Source of the DNA: an uncultured Chloroflexia bacterium | GTDB taxonomy: Bacteria > Chloroflexota > Limnocylindria > Limnocylindrales > CSP1-4 | NCBI GenBank assembly: GCA_963754485.1 | Contig: CAVWFY010000009.1 | Span: 8,747 to 72,746, forward strand | Length of the DNA stretch: 64,000 nucleotides | Direction of reading: 5' to 3' | Shown: positions 36,672 through 50,600 of the stretch, in pieces | Layout: every line of letters begins with the position of its first letter | How positions within the stretch are numbered: the stretch's first letter is position 1 | Made by a program: the position numbers and the translations under genes | Notes under the pieces: model-generated | What the model was told of the DNA's origin: nothing | Database searches by the model: none | The model's input: only the letters and a program-made list of their open reading frames with translations

Positions 36672-37643
36672 TCAGCCGCCCGGTGCTGCCGACGGCGCAG
36701 CCGACGCCCCGGCGTCCGGCGGCGGCGTGATGGCCGGGATCGGCGGGCTCGACGGGACCGGGCCACCGAGGGTCGGATAGGTCTCGGGGATCAGGACTCC
36801 GTAGCGCTGGACGATCCGGTTGGTCGTCGCACCCAGGGCCGACACGTCGAGGTTGCGCTGGTCCTGGTCGGGCCGGAGCGCAAGGCTGAACGGCGCGCTC
36901 CCGGCCGCCTGGAGGTGGCTGATCTCCTCGGCGACGATGAGCGGGACCTTGAGGATGTAGTACGTGCCGGCGCGCGACAGGATCTTCACGCCCTGGTAGG
37001 TGATCTTCGTCGACTCGCCACTCTCGTAGCCCGCGAGCAGGCTCACGCGCGGAGCCCGGGTGGCGGCGGGGGCGGCAGACGAGCCGGGTGCTCCGAGACC
37101 ACCGGGCGCGGCCGGGAGCTCGAGGGGAGCCTCGGGCACGGTGACGCTGGCCGTGAGGAACACGTCGACGCTCATGCCGGCCCCGAGAACGCCGCCGACG
37201 GCACGGTCGTCGGGCACGGTGATCGAGACCGCGCGCCAGGCCTCGGAATCCGGGCCGACGGTCTCCTCGGGCTTGAGGATCGCAAAGCCCAACCCCGCGG
37301 TCCCGGAGGCGAGCAGGTTGGAGGTCAGCAGCTGCCCGGTGGCGACATCGACCGCGGGCAGGCGTCCCACGAGCTGCGTCGGATCGTCGATCGCGCCCCC
37401 GTTGGTGCCGTCGAGCGGGATGTCCTTGCGCAGCACGATGTCCTCGGCCAGGATCGGTGCGCGGGCCAGGATCGGCCGCGCCGCCACGTAGCCGGACACG
37501 GTCTTGAGACCGGACGTGCCGGCCTGCTGCTGGGCGTTGTTGATCAGGAAGAAGGCTGAGGCACCGGCGACGACCGCGAGGACCACGCCCAGGAGCACGA
37601 CCCATCGCCCTCTCTTCGACGGATCCTTGTACTCCATCTCCAT
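36672..37643 (-). CDS. CpaB/RcpC-like protein (SAF domain plus RcpC domain), TM-anchored
   Basis: The start is assigned to the ATG at 37643 (MEMEYKDPSKRGRWVVLLGVVLAVVAGASAFFL). It has a SAF-like segment (GYVAARPILARAPILAEDIVLRKDIP) and RcpC-like segments (WRAVSITVPDDRAVGGVLGAGMSVDVFLT, YILKVPLIVAEEISHLQAAGSAPFSLALR). Confidence 0.7.
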   Translation of the reverse strand: MEMEYKDPSKRGRWVVLLGVVLAVVAGASAFFLINNAQQQAGTSGLKTVSGYVAARPILARAPILAEDIVLRKDIPLDGTNGGAIDDPTQLVGRLPAVDVATGQLLTSNLLASGTAGLGFAILKPEETVGPDSEAWRAVSITVPDDRAVGGVLGAGMSVDVFLTASVTVPEAPLELPAAPGGLGAPGSSAAPAATRAPRVSLLAGYESGESTKITYQGVKILSRAGTYYILKVPLIVAEEISHLQAAGSAPFSLALRPDQDQRNLDVSALGATTNRIVQRYGVLIPETYPTLGGPVPSSPPIPAITPPPDAGASAAPSAAPGG

Positions 37644-37900
37644 CGCGAGCTCTCCCGGAGGTGTCGGCCAGATGCCGATCGAAGGTTGTGCCGCGCCCGC
37701 TCCGGCTGGTTCCTGGACGCCGTCCGTGCCGCCTGACCGCGACAGGTCGTGAGGGCGCGCGCAGCGGCGTGCCGCTATGCACGGTGCCCGCCCGCGCCAC
37801 CCGCGACGACTCCCCGTTGGTACCAGTTGCCCCCACACGACCGGCTGCACGGCCGTAGAACGGGCGTTCGATATGGTGTCCGCCGTGGTAGGATCGATCC

Positions 37901-40267
37901 GTGCCCGACTTCCGCCTGGTAGCGCCGTTCGAGCCCACCGGAGACCAGCCGCAGGCGATCGATCGCCTCGTGGATGGGCTCGCGCGCGGCCTCCGCCACC
38001 AGACGCTCCTGGGTGTCACGGGCTCGGGAAAGACCTTCACGATGGCCGAGACCATCGTCAGGCACAACAAGCCCACGCTGGTCCTTGCCCACAACAAGAC
38101 GCTGGCCGCCCAGCTCTACAGCGAGTTCCGTGAGTTCTTCCCGGACAACGCGGTCGAGTACTTCGTCAGCTACTTCGACTACTACCAGCCGGAGGCGTAC
38201 CTGCCCCGGTCGGACACCTACATCGAGAAGGACAGCAGCCGGAACGAGGAGATCGACCGGCTCCGCCACGCGGCAACCCACGCGCTGTTCGAGCGCCGGG
38301 ACGTGATCATCGTCGCGTCGGTGTCGTGCATCTACGGCCTGGGTGCCCCGGTGGACTACGGCGCCACGATCCTGCGGCTGAAGGTCGGCGGCCAGTACCG
38401 GCGCGACGCGGTCCTGCGCCACCTCGTGGACCTCCAGTACCAGCGCAACGACGCCGCCCTGTCCCGCGCCCGTTTCCGGGTCCGGGGCGACACGCTGGAG
38501 ATCGGTCCGGCCAGCGCCGAGATCATCGTCCGCGTGGAGTTCTTCGGGGACGAGGTGGAACGGATCACGGAGCTGGATCCGCTCACCGGCGAGCTGCTCG
38601 CGGAGCGCAAGGAGCTCAACGTCTTCCCGGCCACGCACTTCGTGACGCCCAAGGACAAGCTCGGCCAGGCCGTCGCCGACATCGAGGCCGAGATGGAGCT
38701 GCGGGTCGGCCAGATGGAGGCCGAGGGCCGGGCGCTCGAGGCCGCGCGCCTCCGCCAGCGGACCACCTTCGACCTCGAGATGCTGCGCGAGCTGGGCTAC
38801 TGCTCCGGCGTCGAGAACTACTCGCGCCACCTCAGCCAGCGCGAGCCGGGCAGCCGTCCATGGACGCTCCTGGACTACTTCCCACCGGACTGGCTGCTCA
38901 TCGTGGACGAGTCGCACATGACGATCCCCCAGGTCGTCGGCATGTACAAGAACGACCGCACCCGCAAGGAGATCCTGGTCGACTTCGGGTTCCGCCTCCC
39001 GTCCGCGCTGGACAACCGGCCGCTGACGTTCGAGGAGTTCGAGGTCCACGTCAACCAGGCCCTCTACGTCTCGGCCACGCCCGGCCCCTACGAGCACGAG
39101 AAGAGCCAGCAGACGGTCGAGCAGCTGATCCGGCCCACCGGCATCGTGGATCCGCCCATCACCGTCCGGCCCACCGAGGGCCAGATCGACGACCTCCTCG
39201 AGGAGATCCGCTCGCGCGTGGAGAAGGGCGAGCGCGCCCTGGTCACGACGCTGACCAAGAAGATGGCCGAGGACCTCGCGGACTACCTCAAGGAGCTGGG
39301 CATCAAGGTCCAGTACCTCCACAGCGAGGTGGACACCCTCGAGCGCGTCGCGATCCTGCGCGACCTGCGCCTGGGTGTCTACGACGTCCTCGTCGGCATC
39401 AACCTCCTGCGCGAGGGCCTGGACCTGCCCGAGGTGACCCTGATGGCGATCCTCGACGCGGACAAGGAAGGGTTCCTGCGCAGCGCCTGGTCGCTCATCC
39501 AGATGATCGGCCGCGCGGCCCGCAACACCGGCGGCGAGGTCGTGATGTACGCGGACCGCGTGACGGAGTCAATGCGGGTCGCCATCGACGAGACCGATCG
39601 GCGGCGTGTCGTACAGGAGCGGTACAACGCAGAGCACGGCATCGAGCCCACCACGATCATCAAGGGCATCCACGACATCAACGACCGCCTGCGCGCGGTG
39701 GCCGAGAACACCGTGATGTACACCTCGGAACGCCGGGACCAGCAGCTGGCCGCGGCCGACAAGGCCGAGGTGGAACGCCTGGTCGCCCGCATGGAGGCCG
39801 AGATGAAGGCCGCGGCCAAGCAGCTCGAGTTCGAGCGTGCCGCCGCGATCCGGGACGAGATCCAGCAGATCCGGCTGCGGGTCCTGGAGCAGGATGCGTC
39901 CGTGGTCGTCGCCCGGGCGGCGGAGCGAGCCGCGAAGGATGCCCTGCTGCCGGCGAAGGAGCGCGCGGCAGCCCACCGGCCGGGTGGCAAGGGTGGCAAG
40001 GGCGGCCGGGGCGGGCAGGACCCCGAAGACGCCTTCGAGGTCACCGAGGTGCGCGTCCTCCAGGCCGGCGAGGAGCCCGCGCTGGGCGATGGCGAGACCG
40101 CAGGGACGGCGAACGAGCTGTTCCCCGGGATCCGCGACGAGCACGAGGACGACGATGGTGGCTGGCAGGCCCGCTGGCTGGACCGACCCACCTGGGACGT
40201 CACTGTGACACCCAACATTCGCAAGCGAACCGGGCAACGGCCCAACCGGCGGTCGCGGGGCTACTGA
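37901..40267 (+). CDS. uvrB: excinuclease ABC subunit B with a roughly 120-aa C-terminal extension
   Basis: It has GDQPQAI, Walker [15 protein letters not shown], helicase motifs and a UVR domain ([21 protein letters not shown]). It is intact over 788 aa. Confidence 0.95.
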   Translation: MPDFRLVAPFEPTGDQPQAIDRLVDGLARGLRHQTLLGVTGSGKTFTMAETIVRHNKPTLVLAHNKTLAAQLYSEFREFFPDNAVEYFVSYFDYYQPEAYLPRSDTYIEKDSSRNEEIDRLRHAATHALFERRDVIIVASVSCIYGLGAPVDYGATILRLKVGGQYRRDAVLRHLVDLQYQRNDAALSRARFRVRGDTLEIGPASAEIIVRVEFFGDEVERITELDPLTGELLAERKELNVFPATHFVTPKDKLGQAVADIEAEMELRVGQMEAEGRALEAARLRQRTTFDLEMLRELGYCSGVENYSRHLSQREPGSRPWTLLDYFPPDWLLIVDESHMTIPQVVGMYKNDRTRKEILVDFGFRLPSALDNRPLTFEEFEVHVNQALYVSATPGPYEHEKSQQTVEQLIRPTGIVDPPITVRPTEGQIDDLLEEIRSRVEKGERALVTTLTKKMAEDLADYLKELGIKVQYLHSEVDTLERVAILRDLRLGVYDVLVGINLLREGLDLPEVTLMAILDADKEGFLRSAWSLIQMIGRAARNTGGEVVMYADRVTESMRVAIDETDRRRVVQERYNAEHGIEPTTIIKGIHDINDRLRAVAENTVMYTSERRDQQLAAADKAEVERLVARMEAEMKAAAKQLEFERAAAIRDEIQQIRLRVLEQDASVVVARAAERAAKDALLPAKERAAAHRPGGKGGKGGRGGQDPEDAFEVTEVRVLQAGEEPALGDGETAGTANELFPGIRDEHEDDDGGWQARWLDRPTWDVTVTPNIRKRTGQRPNRRSRGY

Positions 40268-40330
40268 GGCCGCCGGGGCCGGCGTGCGGCGGGCCGGCCG
40301 GGCGCCCGTTATGTCGCGCCGGAGTAGCCT

Positions 40331-40918
40331 GTGCCCATGAGCTCGCCCGTCACACCGTCCCTTCGCCGCCGCCTGGCAGGCGCGGTCACCACCGCCGCCT
40401 TCGCCCTTGCCGTTGCCGCCTGTGCGCCGACGCCCTCCGACGGCCCGGAGTTCGTCGTAACCGACGCACTGGCCAAGGTCGCCGCGAAGGACCTCGAGGG
40501 ACTCCGCCCGCTGGCCTGCGCCGGCCAGGAGGACCGCATCCGGGACCAGTTGGGCCTCCCCGGCGCGGTGGGCGAGGAGCTGCTGCCGGGCCTCGACACC
40601 CAGGCCCTGCTCGACGCGGTCCAGCTCGGCGTGGGAGACGTCAAGGCGGGCGATGCCGTCATCGACGGCGATGTCGCGGAGGTCCCGGTGACGGGCACGC
40701 TCAAGGTGACCTTCGACGCGGTCGCGATGCGACCCGTCCTGCGCCAGGTACTGGATCAGCAGGGCACGACCATGACCGACGAGCAGCTCGACGCCCTGCT
40801 CAAGACGCTCGAGTCCTTCGGGCAGGACGTGCCGGTGGACCAGACGGTGCGCCTGGTCCGCGAAGACGGGGCGTGGAAGATCTGCCAGGACTCGCTCGAG
40901 GTGCCGGCCGCTTCCTGA
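40331..40918 (+). CDS. lipoprotein, unknown function
   Basis: It has a signal peptide with lipobox LAVAAC and high GC3. I recognise no domain. Confidence 0.6.
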   Translation: MPMSSPVTPSLRRRLAGAVTTAAFALAVAACAPTPSDGPEFVVTDALAKVAAKDLEGLRPLACAGQEDRIRDQLGLPGAVGEELLPGLDTQALLDAVQLGVGDVKAGDAVIDGDVAEVPVTGTLKVTFDAVAMRPVLRQVLDQQGTTMTDEQLDALLKTLESFGQDVPVDQTVRLVREDGAWKICQDSLEVPAAS

Positions 40919-40996
40919 GTGCGGCCGCGCCCGGGGCACGGGCCCTGCCGACATGAACGCGTGTTCTGTTTGGCGATAACGGGGTAGACTGCACGG

Positions 40997-44083
<3,087 letters not shown>

Positions 44084-44470
44084 CGGCGGGAGCGGATAGG
44101 GCGCCCGTCCCGACGAGCCGCTCACCCTGAGCCCGCGCTGCCGAGGGCAGCGAGCCTAGGTCCGCCGCACTGGGCCTCAACGCTCGAATTCCGGATGGTC
44201 CGAACAGGAGCTCAATCTGGATCCTCCTGTGAGCGGCCGCTGCCTTGGGGCGCCTCGCCGCGTGCAGTCTCGTCGGACGTTGTTAGCTGCAATCGGCTGA
44301 CTGGCACCGGGATTCGGTCCACCGCGACGTCCCCGAATGCGACCGCGGTCGCTCAGGGCGTTCCCTGTTCGGGTCAACCGGAATCGCGCGACCCGTTGAC
44401 CGGATGACGGGTCACGGCGACGCGAACGACGGCTCCACGACGGCGAGCCGGCCGGGCTACCATCGCATCC

Positions 44471-44905
44471 ATGCCCGAGATCGACTTCGCCTTCCTCGCG
44501 GACGCGGCCGAGACCCAGCCCGGCCAGAAGTTCAACGTGCTCGGCGGCGGCATCACGCGGATCGGCGGGCGCACGTTCCCGCTGCGCCACCCCCACCTCG
44601 CGCTGGTCGTCGGGCTGGTGGTGACGTCGCCCGAGACGGAGCGTGAGCACGAACTGCGGATCGTGCTCCTGGACCCCGACGGCGCCGAGGTCGCCGGCGC
44701 GACGGGCAGCCTCATGGCGCACGGCCAGCCGGACGCGCGGGACGCGATCCTCACCTTCAGCATCGACCTCTGGAACCTGACGTTCCCCACGCCCGGCGAC
44801 TACTCGTTCCGGATCCTCGTCAACGGGTCCGAGCGCAAGCGCCTCGGCCTGGTGCTCGTGCGTCCCCCGGCACTCGGCGTGCCGGACGGTGCTCCCGGGT
44901 CGTGA
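44471..44905 (+). CDS. hypothetical protein (resembles DUF6941-type small beta-rich proteins)
   Basis: GC3 is high. The N-terminus MPEIDFAFLADAAETQPGQKFNVLGGGI and the later ...PGDYSFRILVNG... resemble that family as I remember it; the assignment is tentative. Confidence 0.55.
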   Translation: MPEIDFAFLADAAETQPGQKFNVLGGGITRIGGRTFPLRHPHLALVVGLVVTSPETEREHELRIVLLDPDGAEVAGATGSLMAHGQPDARDAILTFSIDLWNLTFPTPGDYSFRILVNGSERKRLGLVLVRPPALGVPDGAPGS

Positions 44906-45246
44906 CGACCGGCCGAAGCAGTCCGCGGACCCGCCGCGGGCCCGCCCGCCACGAGCGCCCGACGATCGACGAGGCGGCCCTGACCGCTGCCCGTGCCGGT
45001 GACCGACTGCTGGCGGCCGTCCGGGAGGCCGGCAACGCGCGCTGGGCCACCTACCTCGAGCCGCTCCCGGACCACCTTCGCGATGACGACATCGCCGACC
45101 TGCGCCGCTCCGCGCTCCGTGCCCGAGCCGCCTACGGGCCGAAGGACTCCGTGCGCGACGTCGCGCCCCGCGAGGTCACCGAGCCGTTCCTGGACGCGAT
45201 CGACAGGCTGCTCAAGGAGCTCGCGCGGCGCGACCTGGCCGGCTGA
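44902..45246 (+). CDS. hypothetical protein
   Basis: The GTG start is in a GTGA overlap with the upstream stop, which suggests translational coupling. GC3 is high. I recognise no domain. Confidence 0.5.
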   Translation: MTTGRSSPRTRRGPARHERPTIDEAALTAARAGDRLLAAVREAGNARWATYLEPLPDHLRDDDIADLRRSALRARAAYGPKDSVRDVAPREVTEPFLDAIDRLLKELARRDLAG

Positions 45247-45249
45247 AGC

Positions 45250-45726
45250 TCAGTAGACCCAGGGGATCATCCGCTTCGTGCGGGCTGCATAGGCCTCATA
45301 GGCCGGGTAGCGCTCCCGCAGCCAGGCCTCCTCGCGTCCGGACTTGAGCCGGAAGAAGCCGAGGAGCAGGACGGCGCCGACGAGTGCGAGCGGCGATCCC
45401 ACCACCAGCGCGTAGCCGGCCGCCGCGAGCACGAGCCCGCCGTAGATCGGGTGACGCACCAGGCGATAGCTGCCGGTGTCCACCAGCTCCGCACCGTCGC
45501 GGGGGTGGGGGAGCGGCGTCAGGGCATCGCGCAGGTCCAGGAGGCCGCGGGCGGCGAGGACAAGCCCGGCGATCACGAGCGCAAACCCGGCCACGCGGGC
45601 AACCGTCGAGAACGGCCCCACCCAAGTGGGCCCGGCGACGCCCGCCAGGACGACGAGCCCGAGCAACAGGAACTGGATCACGACCCAGCCCTCGCCGCGG
45701 GGGCCCAGCGCAGGGAGTCGGCTCAT
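45250..45726 (-). CDS. isoprenylcysteine carboxyl / phospholipid methyltransferase-family membrane protein
   Basis: It has four TM segments and the family motif YRLVRHPIYGGLVL. Confidence 0.7.
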   Translation of the reverse strand: MSRLPALGPRGEGWVVIQFLLLGLVVLAGVAGPTWVGPFSTVARVAGFALVIAGLVLAARGLLDLRDALTPLPHPRDGAELVDTGSYRLVRHPIYGGLVLAAAGYALVVGSPLALVGAVLLLGFFRLKSGREEAWLRERYPAYEAYAARTKRMIPWVY

Positions 45727-45741
45727 CGCCGGAGTCTATCG

Positions 45742-47421
45742 TCAGGCGGCCCGGACGCGGATCGGTGACGCCAGTTCCGGTGGATCGAACGCCTCGCGCA
45801 GGAACTGCGAGGGCGCCTCGCGGTCGTACAGCAGCGTGAGCGAGCGGCGGGCCCGCGTCCACGCGACGTACGCGAGGCGCCGCTCCTCCTCGAGGGCTCG
45901 CTCTGGCTCCGTGGCGTCGCTCACCGCCCGGCGCCCCGGGAAACCGTCGGTGAGCACCAGTACGTGGTCCCACTCCAGGCCCTTCGTGCCATGGGCGGTC
46001 GCGAGGGTCAGCGCCGCGTCGTCACGACGGAGCTCCGCGAGCCGGGCGCGCCGTTCCGCCACGGCAGCCCGCAGGCCGGCGATCGACGGGTGGGCGGCGG
46101 CCCAACCGAGGAGCGCGGTCACGAGGTCGCCCTCGGTCGCTTCGTCCGCGTCGTCGGGTGGCGAGGCAGCCTCGTCGTCGCGCAGCACGGCCCGCAGCCG
46201 GCCGAGGGCGGGGAGGGGACTGGGGTCGGGCGCCCGAGGGGGTTCCGCCCCGGCCTCAGCCTCGGCGCTGTCCAGCAGCCCGTCCAGGCGCGGATCCTCG
46301 AGGGCGAGGGGGAGATCCGGCGCCCGGAACGGGATCCCGAGATCGAGCGCGGCGACCACTGCAACCAGCAGCTCGCGATTGGTGCGGGCGAGGACCGCGC
46401 GGGTCGTGTCGTCCGCCGGCCAGGAGGCCATCGCCCGCCGGACGCGGACGATGTCGTCGGCGGCATCGGGGGCGAGGATGATCCGCCCGCCCGCTCTCGA
46501 TCCGGCCCGGATTCGCTTCGCGAATCGCTCCCGGTTGTGCTCGACGAGCCGCACGGCGCGGGCCACGACCGGCGGCGGGCATCGGTAGTTCGTCTCCAGG
46601 TCCACCCGCCGCAGGCCCGGCAGCGAGGCGGCCAGCCCGAGGACCCTTCGCACGTCGGCGAGCCGCCACGAGTAGACCGTCTGGTCGTCGTCGCCGACCA
46701 GGAAGACGTCGTTGGCGGGCGCGGCCAGCAGCAGGGCCAGCTCCAGCTGCGTTCGGTCGAGGTCCTGGGCCTCGTCCACCAGCAGCCGCGCGGTGCGCGA
46801 CCGCCAGCGCGCGAGCAGCCGCGCGTCCGCCTGCGCAGGCTGTCGAGCGCGCGGACCAGCAGGTCGTCGAAGTCGACGCCGCCCGACTCCCGGACGGCGC
46901 CCTCGTAGGCGATGAAGGCGCGGGCGATCGGCCCGGGTGCTGGATCCTGTGCCACCTCGGCCGCCTTCACGCGAAGGTCCAGCTTGAGCCGCGAGAACGC
47001 GAGGTCCAGCCGGCCGCGGTCTGCCCTGGTGATGCCCGGGAACAGCTCGCGCAGCACCGCGTCCCGGTCCGCCAGCGGCTCCACGGCCACACCCGCGTCA
47101 CGCAGGATCTCCCGCCCCAGGGCGTGGAACGTCCGCACGCGCACCGAGCCGGCGGCGACGCCCAGTGGCGCCAGCGCGGCGTCCAGGCGTGTCGCGAGCT
47201 CCTCGGCCGCGCGCTTGTTGAACGCGACGATGCACACGGACCCGGGATCGGCGCCACCGTCGACCAGCCACGCGACCCGGGCGACCAGCGTCGTCGTCTT
47301 GCCGGAACCCGCGGGTGCGACGCACAGCACGGGGCCGGGCGGCGGCGGTCGCGGCCGCGCGCTGGTCCGGGGCGAGCCGCGCGAGGCGCTCGGCGACGGA
47401 CGGATGGGGAACGGTTGTCAT
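45742..47421 (-). CDS. UvrD/Rep-family DNA helicase, reading frame broken twice
   Basis: Motif I is APAGSGKTTTLV, motif II is LLVDEAQDLD, and later motifs are TNYRCP, TAHGTKGLEWDHVLV and AYVAWTRARRSL. The three pieces are 47421 to about 47340, about 47335 to about 46835, and about 46830 to 45742. Confidence 0.8.
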
Positions 47422-47652
47422 GGCCAGCGAAATGGTGGCGGTCGCCGCTTATCAACCGCTTGCCGGTGCATCAACGCACCGCATACGGCGACCCCGCGAT
47501 TCGATGGTGCCTATCGGGGTGAATCCCACTGCCGTTCGGCCGTGCCCGGCGAGTGGTCGCGGGGCTAGCGTCCATTCCGTGCCCTTGTGCTGGTCCGCGG
47601 AGAGGGCGGGCCAGGCGCGTCCCCGCGTGCCCTCGTCCTCGGAGGTGCCCCC

Positions 47653-50600
47653 GTGAGACGTTCCCGGCCGATCCTGTTGCTTGTCACCGCGGCGCTGCTG
47701 GCCTCGGCGGTTGCGGCGCCAGCGAGCGCCGCCCCTGCCAGCCCGGTCACGTTCACGATCCTGCACACGAACGACTTCCACGGCCAGCTGGAGGCTCCGG
47801 ACAGCAACCCCGGCAGCGCCCGGGTTGCGACGGTGGTCAATGACGTCCGTACGGCCGTCGGTGCGGCCAACGTCCTGCTCGTCGACGCCGGCGACGAGAT
47901 GCAGGGAAGCCTGCTGTCCAACCTGGGTGACGGCACGGCGACGGGCAAGGGCATCCCCACCATCGCGACCTACAACGCGATGGGCTACAACGTGGCGACC
48001 TTCGGCAACCACGAGTTCGACTGGGGCCAGGTGAACCTGGCCAACCGGACCACCGAGGCGACGTACCCGTACGTCACGGCGAACATCGTCAAGAAGGACC
48101 CGGCAGATTGCACGGCCGCCGGCTGGACGACGCCGGACTTCGCGGATGCCCCCTACGAGGTCCAGACGGTCGGCACGGCCCCGAACGCGGTCAAGGTCGG
48201 CCTTCATCGGCGTGACGACCACCGAGACGCCCGATCATCACCGTGTCGACCGCGACCGCCGGCCTGTGCTTCAAGGACCCGGCCGAGTCGATCCTCCATT
48301 ACTACGACGCAGATGAAGGCGGCAGGTGCCGACGTCATCGTGGTGCTCAGCCACCTCGGCTTCGCGGATGGCGGCTACGGCTACGGCATCCCGGTCTACG
48401 GCGACGAGACCCTCGCCGCGAAGCTCAACACGGCGGGCAAGCCGGTCAACCTGATCCTCGGCGGCCACAGTCCACAGCGAACCCTGGCTGCCAGACCACG
48501 GTCGTCAGGGCTACAACGGACGATCGGTGGCAGGCGCTCACTACAACGGCACGCAACGGTCGGCCGCGCCGACGATCACGGTCACTGCCCGCGGGAGGAG
48601 TCTCGGTGGAGGTGGTGCCATGTCGTCACGTCCAACTTCGCGGCCGGCACCAAGGATCCGACGATCGACGCGCTGATGACGTCGTACGCGACCGACCCCG
48701 ACTACCTCGCGCTCGTCAACACGCCGGTCGGCTACAGCGCCGTCGACCTCGGGCGCAGCAACGACCGGCGACAACATGATGGGCACGTTCATCGACGATG
48801 CCATCTACAGCTACCTCAACACGGACGCGGCGCCCGGAGAACGACGTCGACCTGTTCTTCAACAACGCCGGCGGCATCCGACCGACTGGTGCTGGGACAG
48901 TATCGGATCGAGTGGCTCGGCACCGGCTGCGTCGCTGGCACCCACGCCCCGGCGCTCCTGACGTACGGCAACATGTTCACCGTCCTGCCGTTCGGCAACG
49001 CCACCGCGGTCGGGACCATGACCGGGGCCCAGATCCTCGAGGTCGTCAACTACGGTCCCAACGTCGCCGGCATGATCCAGCCGGCGGGCCTCGAGTACAA
49101 GTACTTCTCGTACAAGGACGCGAAGCCCGGGCCCGCAGCCCTACGCGTGGGGCGCCTTCGACGTCTGCGTCACCAACAAGACCACGAAGGTCTGCGACCC
49201 GCTCGATCTCAAGAAGACCTACAAGGTCGGGACGAACGAGTTCCTGGCACCGGCCGGCGGCGACGGCTACAACGCCTTCAAGTACATGAAGAACATCACG
49301 TACTGGGGCGACATGCTCAATGCCGTCAACGCGTACGTGTCGGCCAACTACGGGACGCCGGAGACGGCCTACAAGGGCCCGAACGGCGACGGGACGCTCG
49401 ACGGGCGCATCGTCCGCGACGGCACCGACGCCGGCGGCAGCATCGTCCCGGTCACGATCCTCCACCACAACGACTCCCACGGGAACCTCGCCAAGGGCAC
49501 CTACGTCGGCTACACCCAGCTGGCGACCCTGATCAAGCAGGAGAGGCTCCACAACCCGGACCGCACGCTCCTGCTCAGCGGCGGTGACAACATCCAGGGC
49601 GACTCGATGATGTACTACTTCAAGTCCGTCCTATACCGGGAAGGCCTCAGACGGAACCGTCTTGCCGGACGCGCTCAAGCCGCAGCCGCTGATCGCCGCA
49701 TTCAACTCGATGAACTACGACGCGATGGACCTCGGCAACCACGAGTTCAACTTCGGTAGCGATGTGTTCAAGGGCGTCATGGGCCAGGCCACGTTCCCTG
49801 TTCTCGGCGCCAACGTGGAGAGACACCGGCACCTATGGCCTCGCGGCCGCCAACGAGGGCGTCGGCGTCCAGCCGTACGTCGAGAAGACGCTCGGACCCG
49901 AGGGGATCAAGGTCGCGATCCTCGGGATCACGAACCACCGGGTCCCGAACTACGAGCTGCCCAGCAACATCCCGGGCCTGACGTTCAGCGACCCGATCGC
50001 CAAGGCGCAGGAGCTTTCGACTGCCCTGCGCTCCGACGAACGATGCGCTCATCGCCCTGACGCACATCGGGTTCACCGAGGATCCGAAGAGCGTCGAGGT
50101 CGACAAGAACGTCGACACGAACATGGCCAAGACGGTGACTGGCCTGGACGCGATCGTCGGGTCCCACAGCCACACCAACCCGGCGTCCGGGTACGGCGAC
50201 TACAAGTACCTGCCGTCGATCGTGGCGGATCCCGACGGCAAGCCGGTGGTCATCAACCAGGCCTACCGCTACAACAACACCCTCGGCGAGATCGTCATGG
50301 GGTTCCGTGCCAAGGCCGGCGGCGGCTATGACGTCGTCTCCCGGACCGGGCGATACCTGTCCGTCGTGACGGCGACCCCCGAGGACGCGGCCACCAAGGC
50401 GATCATCGACCCGTACGTCGCTGCACTGGCCACCTACAACAACACGGTCATCGGCCAGACGACCGTCCCGATCGACGCCCTCCAGGCCTTCACCCAGGAG
50501 ACCAACGGCGCCAACCTGCAGGCCGACGCGGCCGTCTATGAGCTGGAAACGAAGAACGGGATCCCGGTCGACGTCCACCTGTCGGGCGCCATGACCAACA

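Noticed and set aside
44195-44407. 70-aa ORF in the uvrA-downstream gap, and a possible 6S/SRP-type RNA there
   Set aside because: The translation is Ser/Gly/Pro-rich with no coding bias. I could not recognise the conserved SRP domain-IV or 6S features by eye. The region is left as unassigned non-coding DNA.
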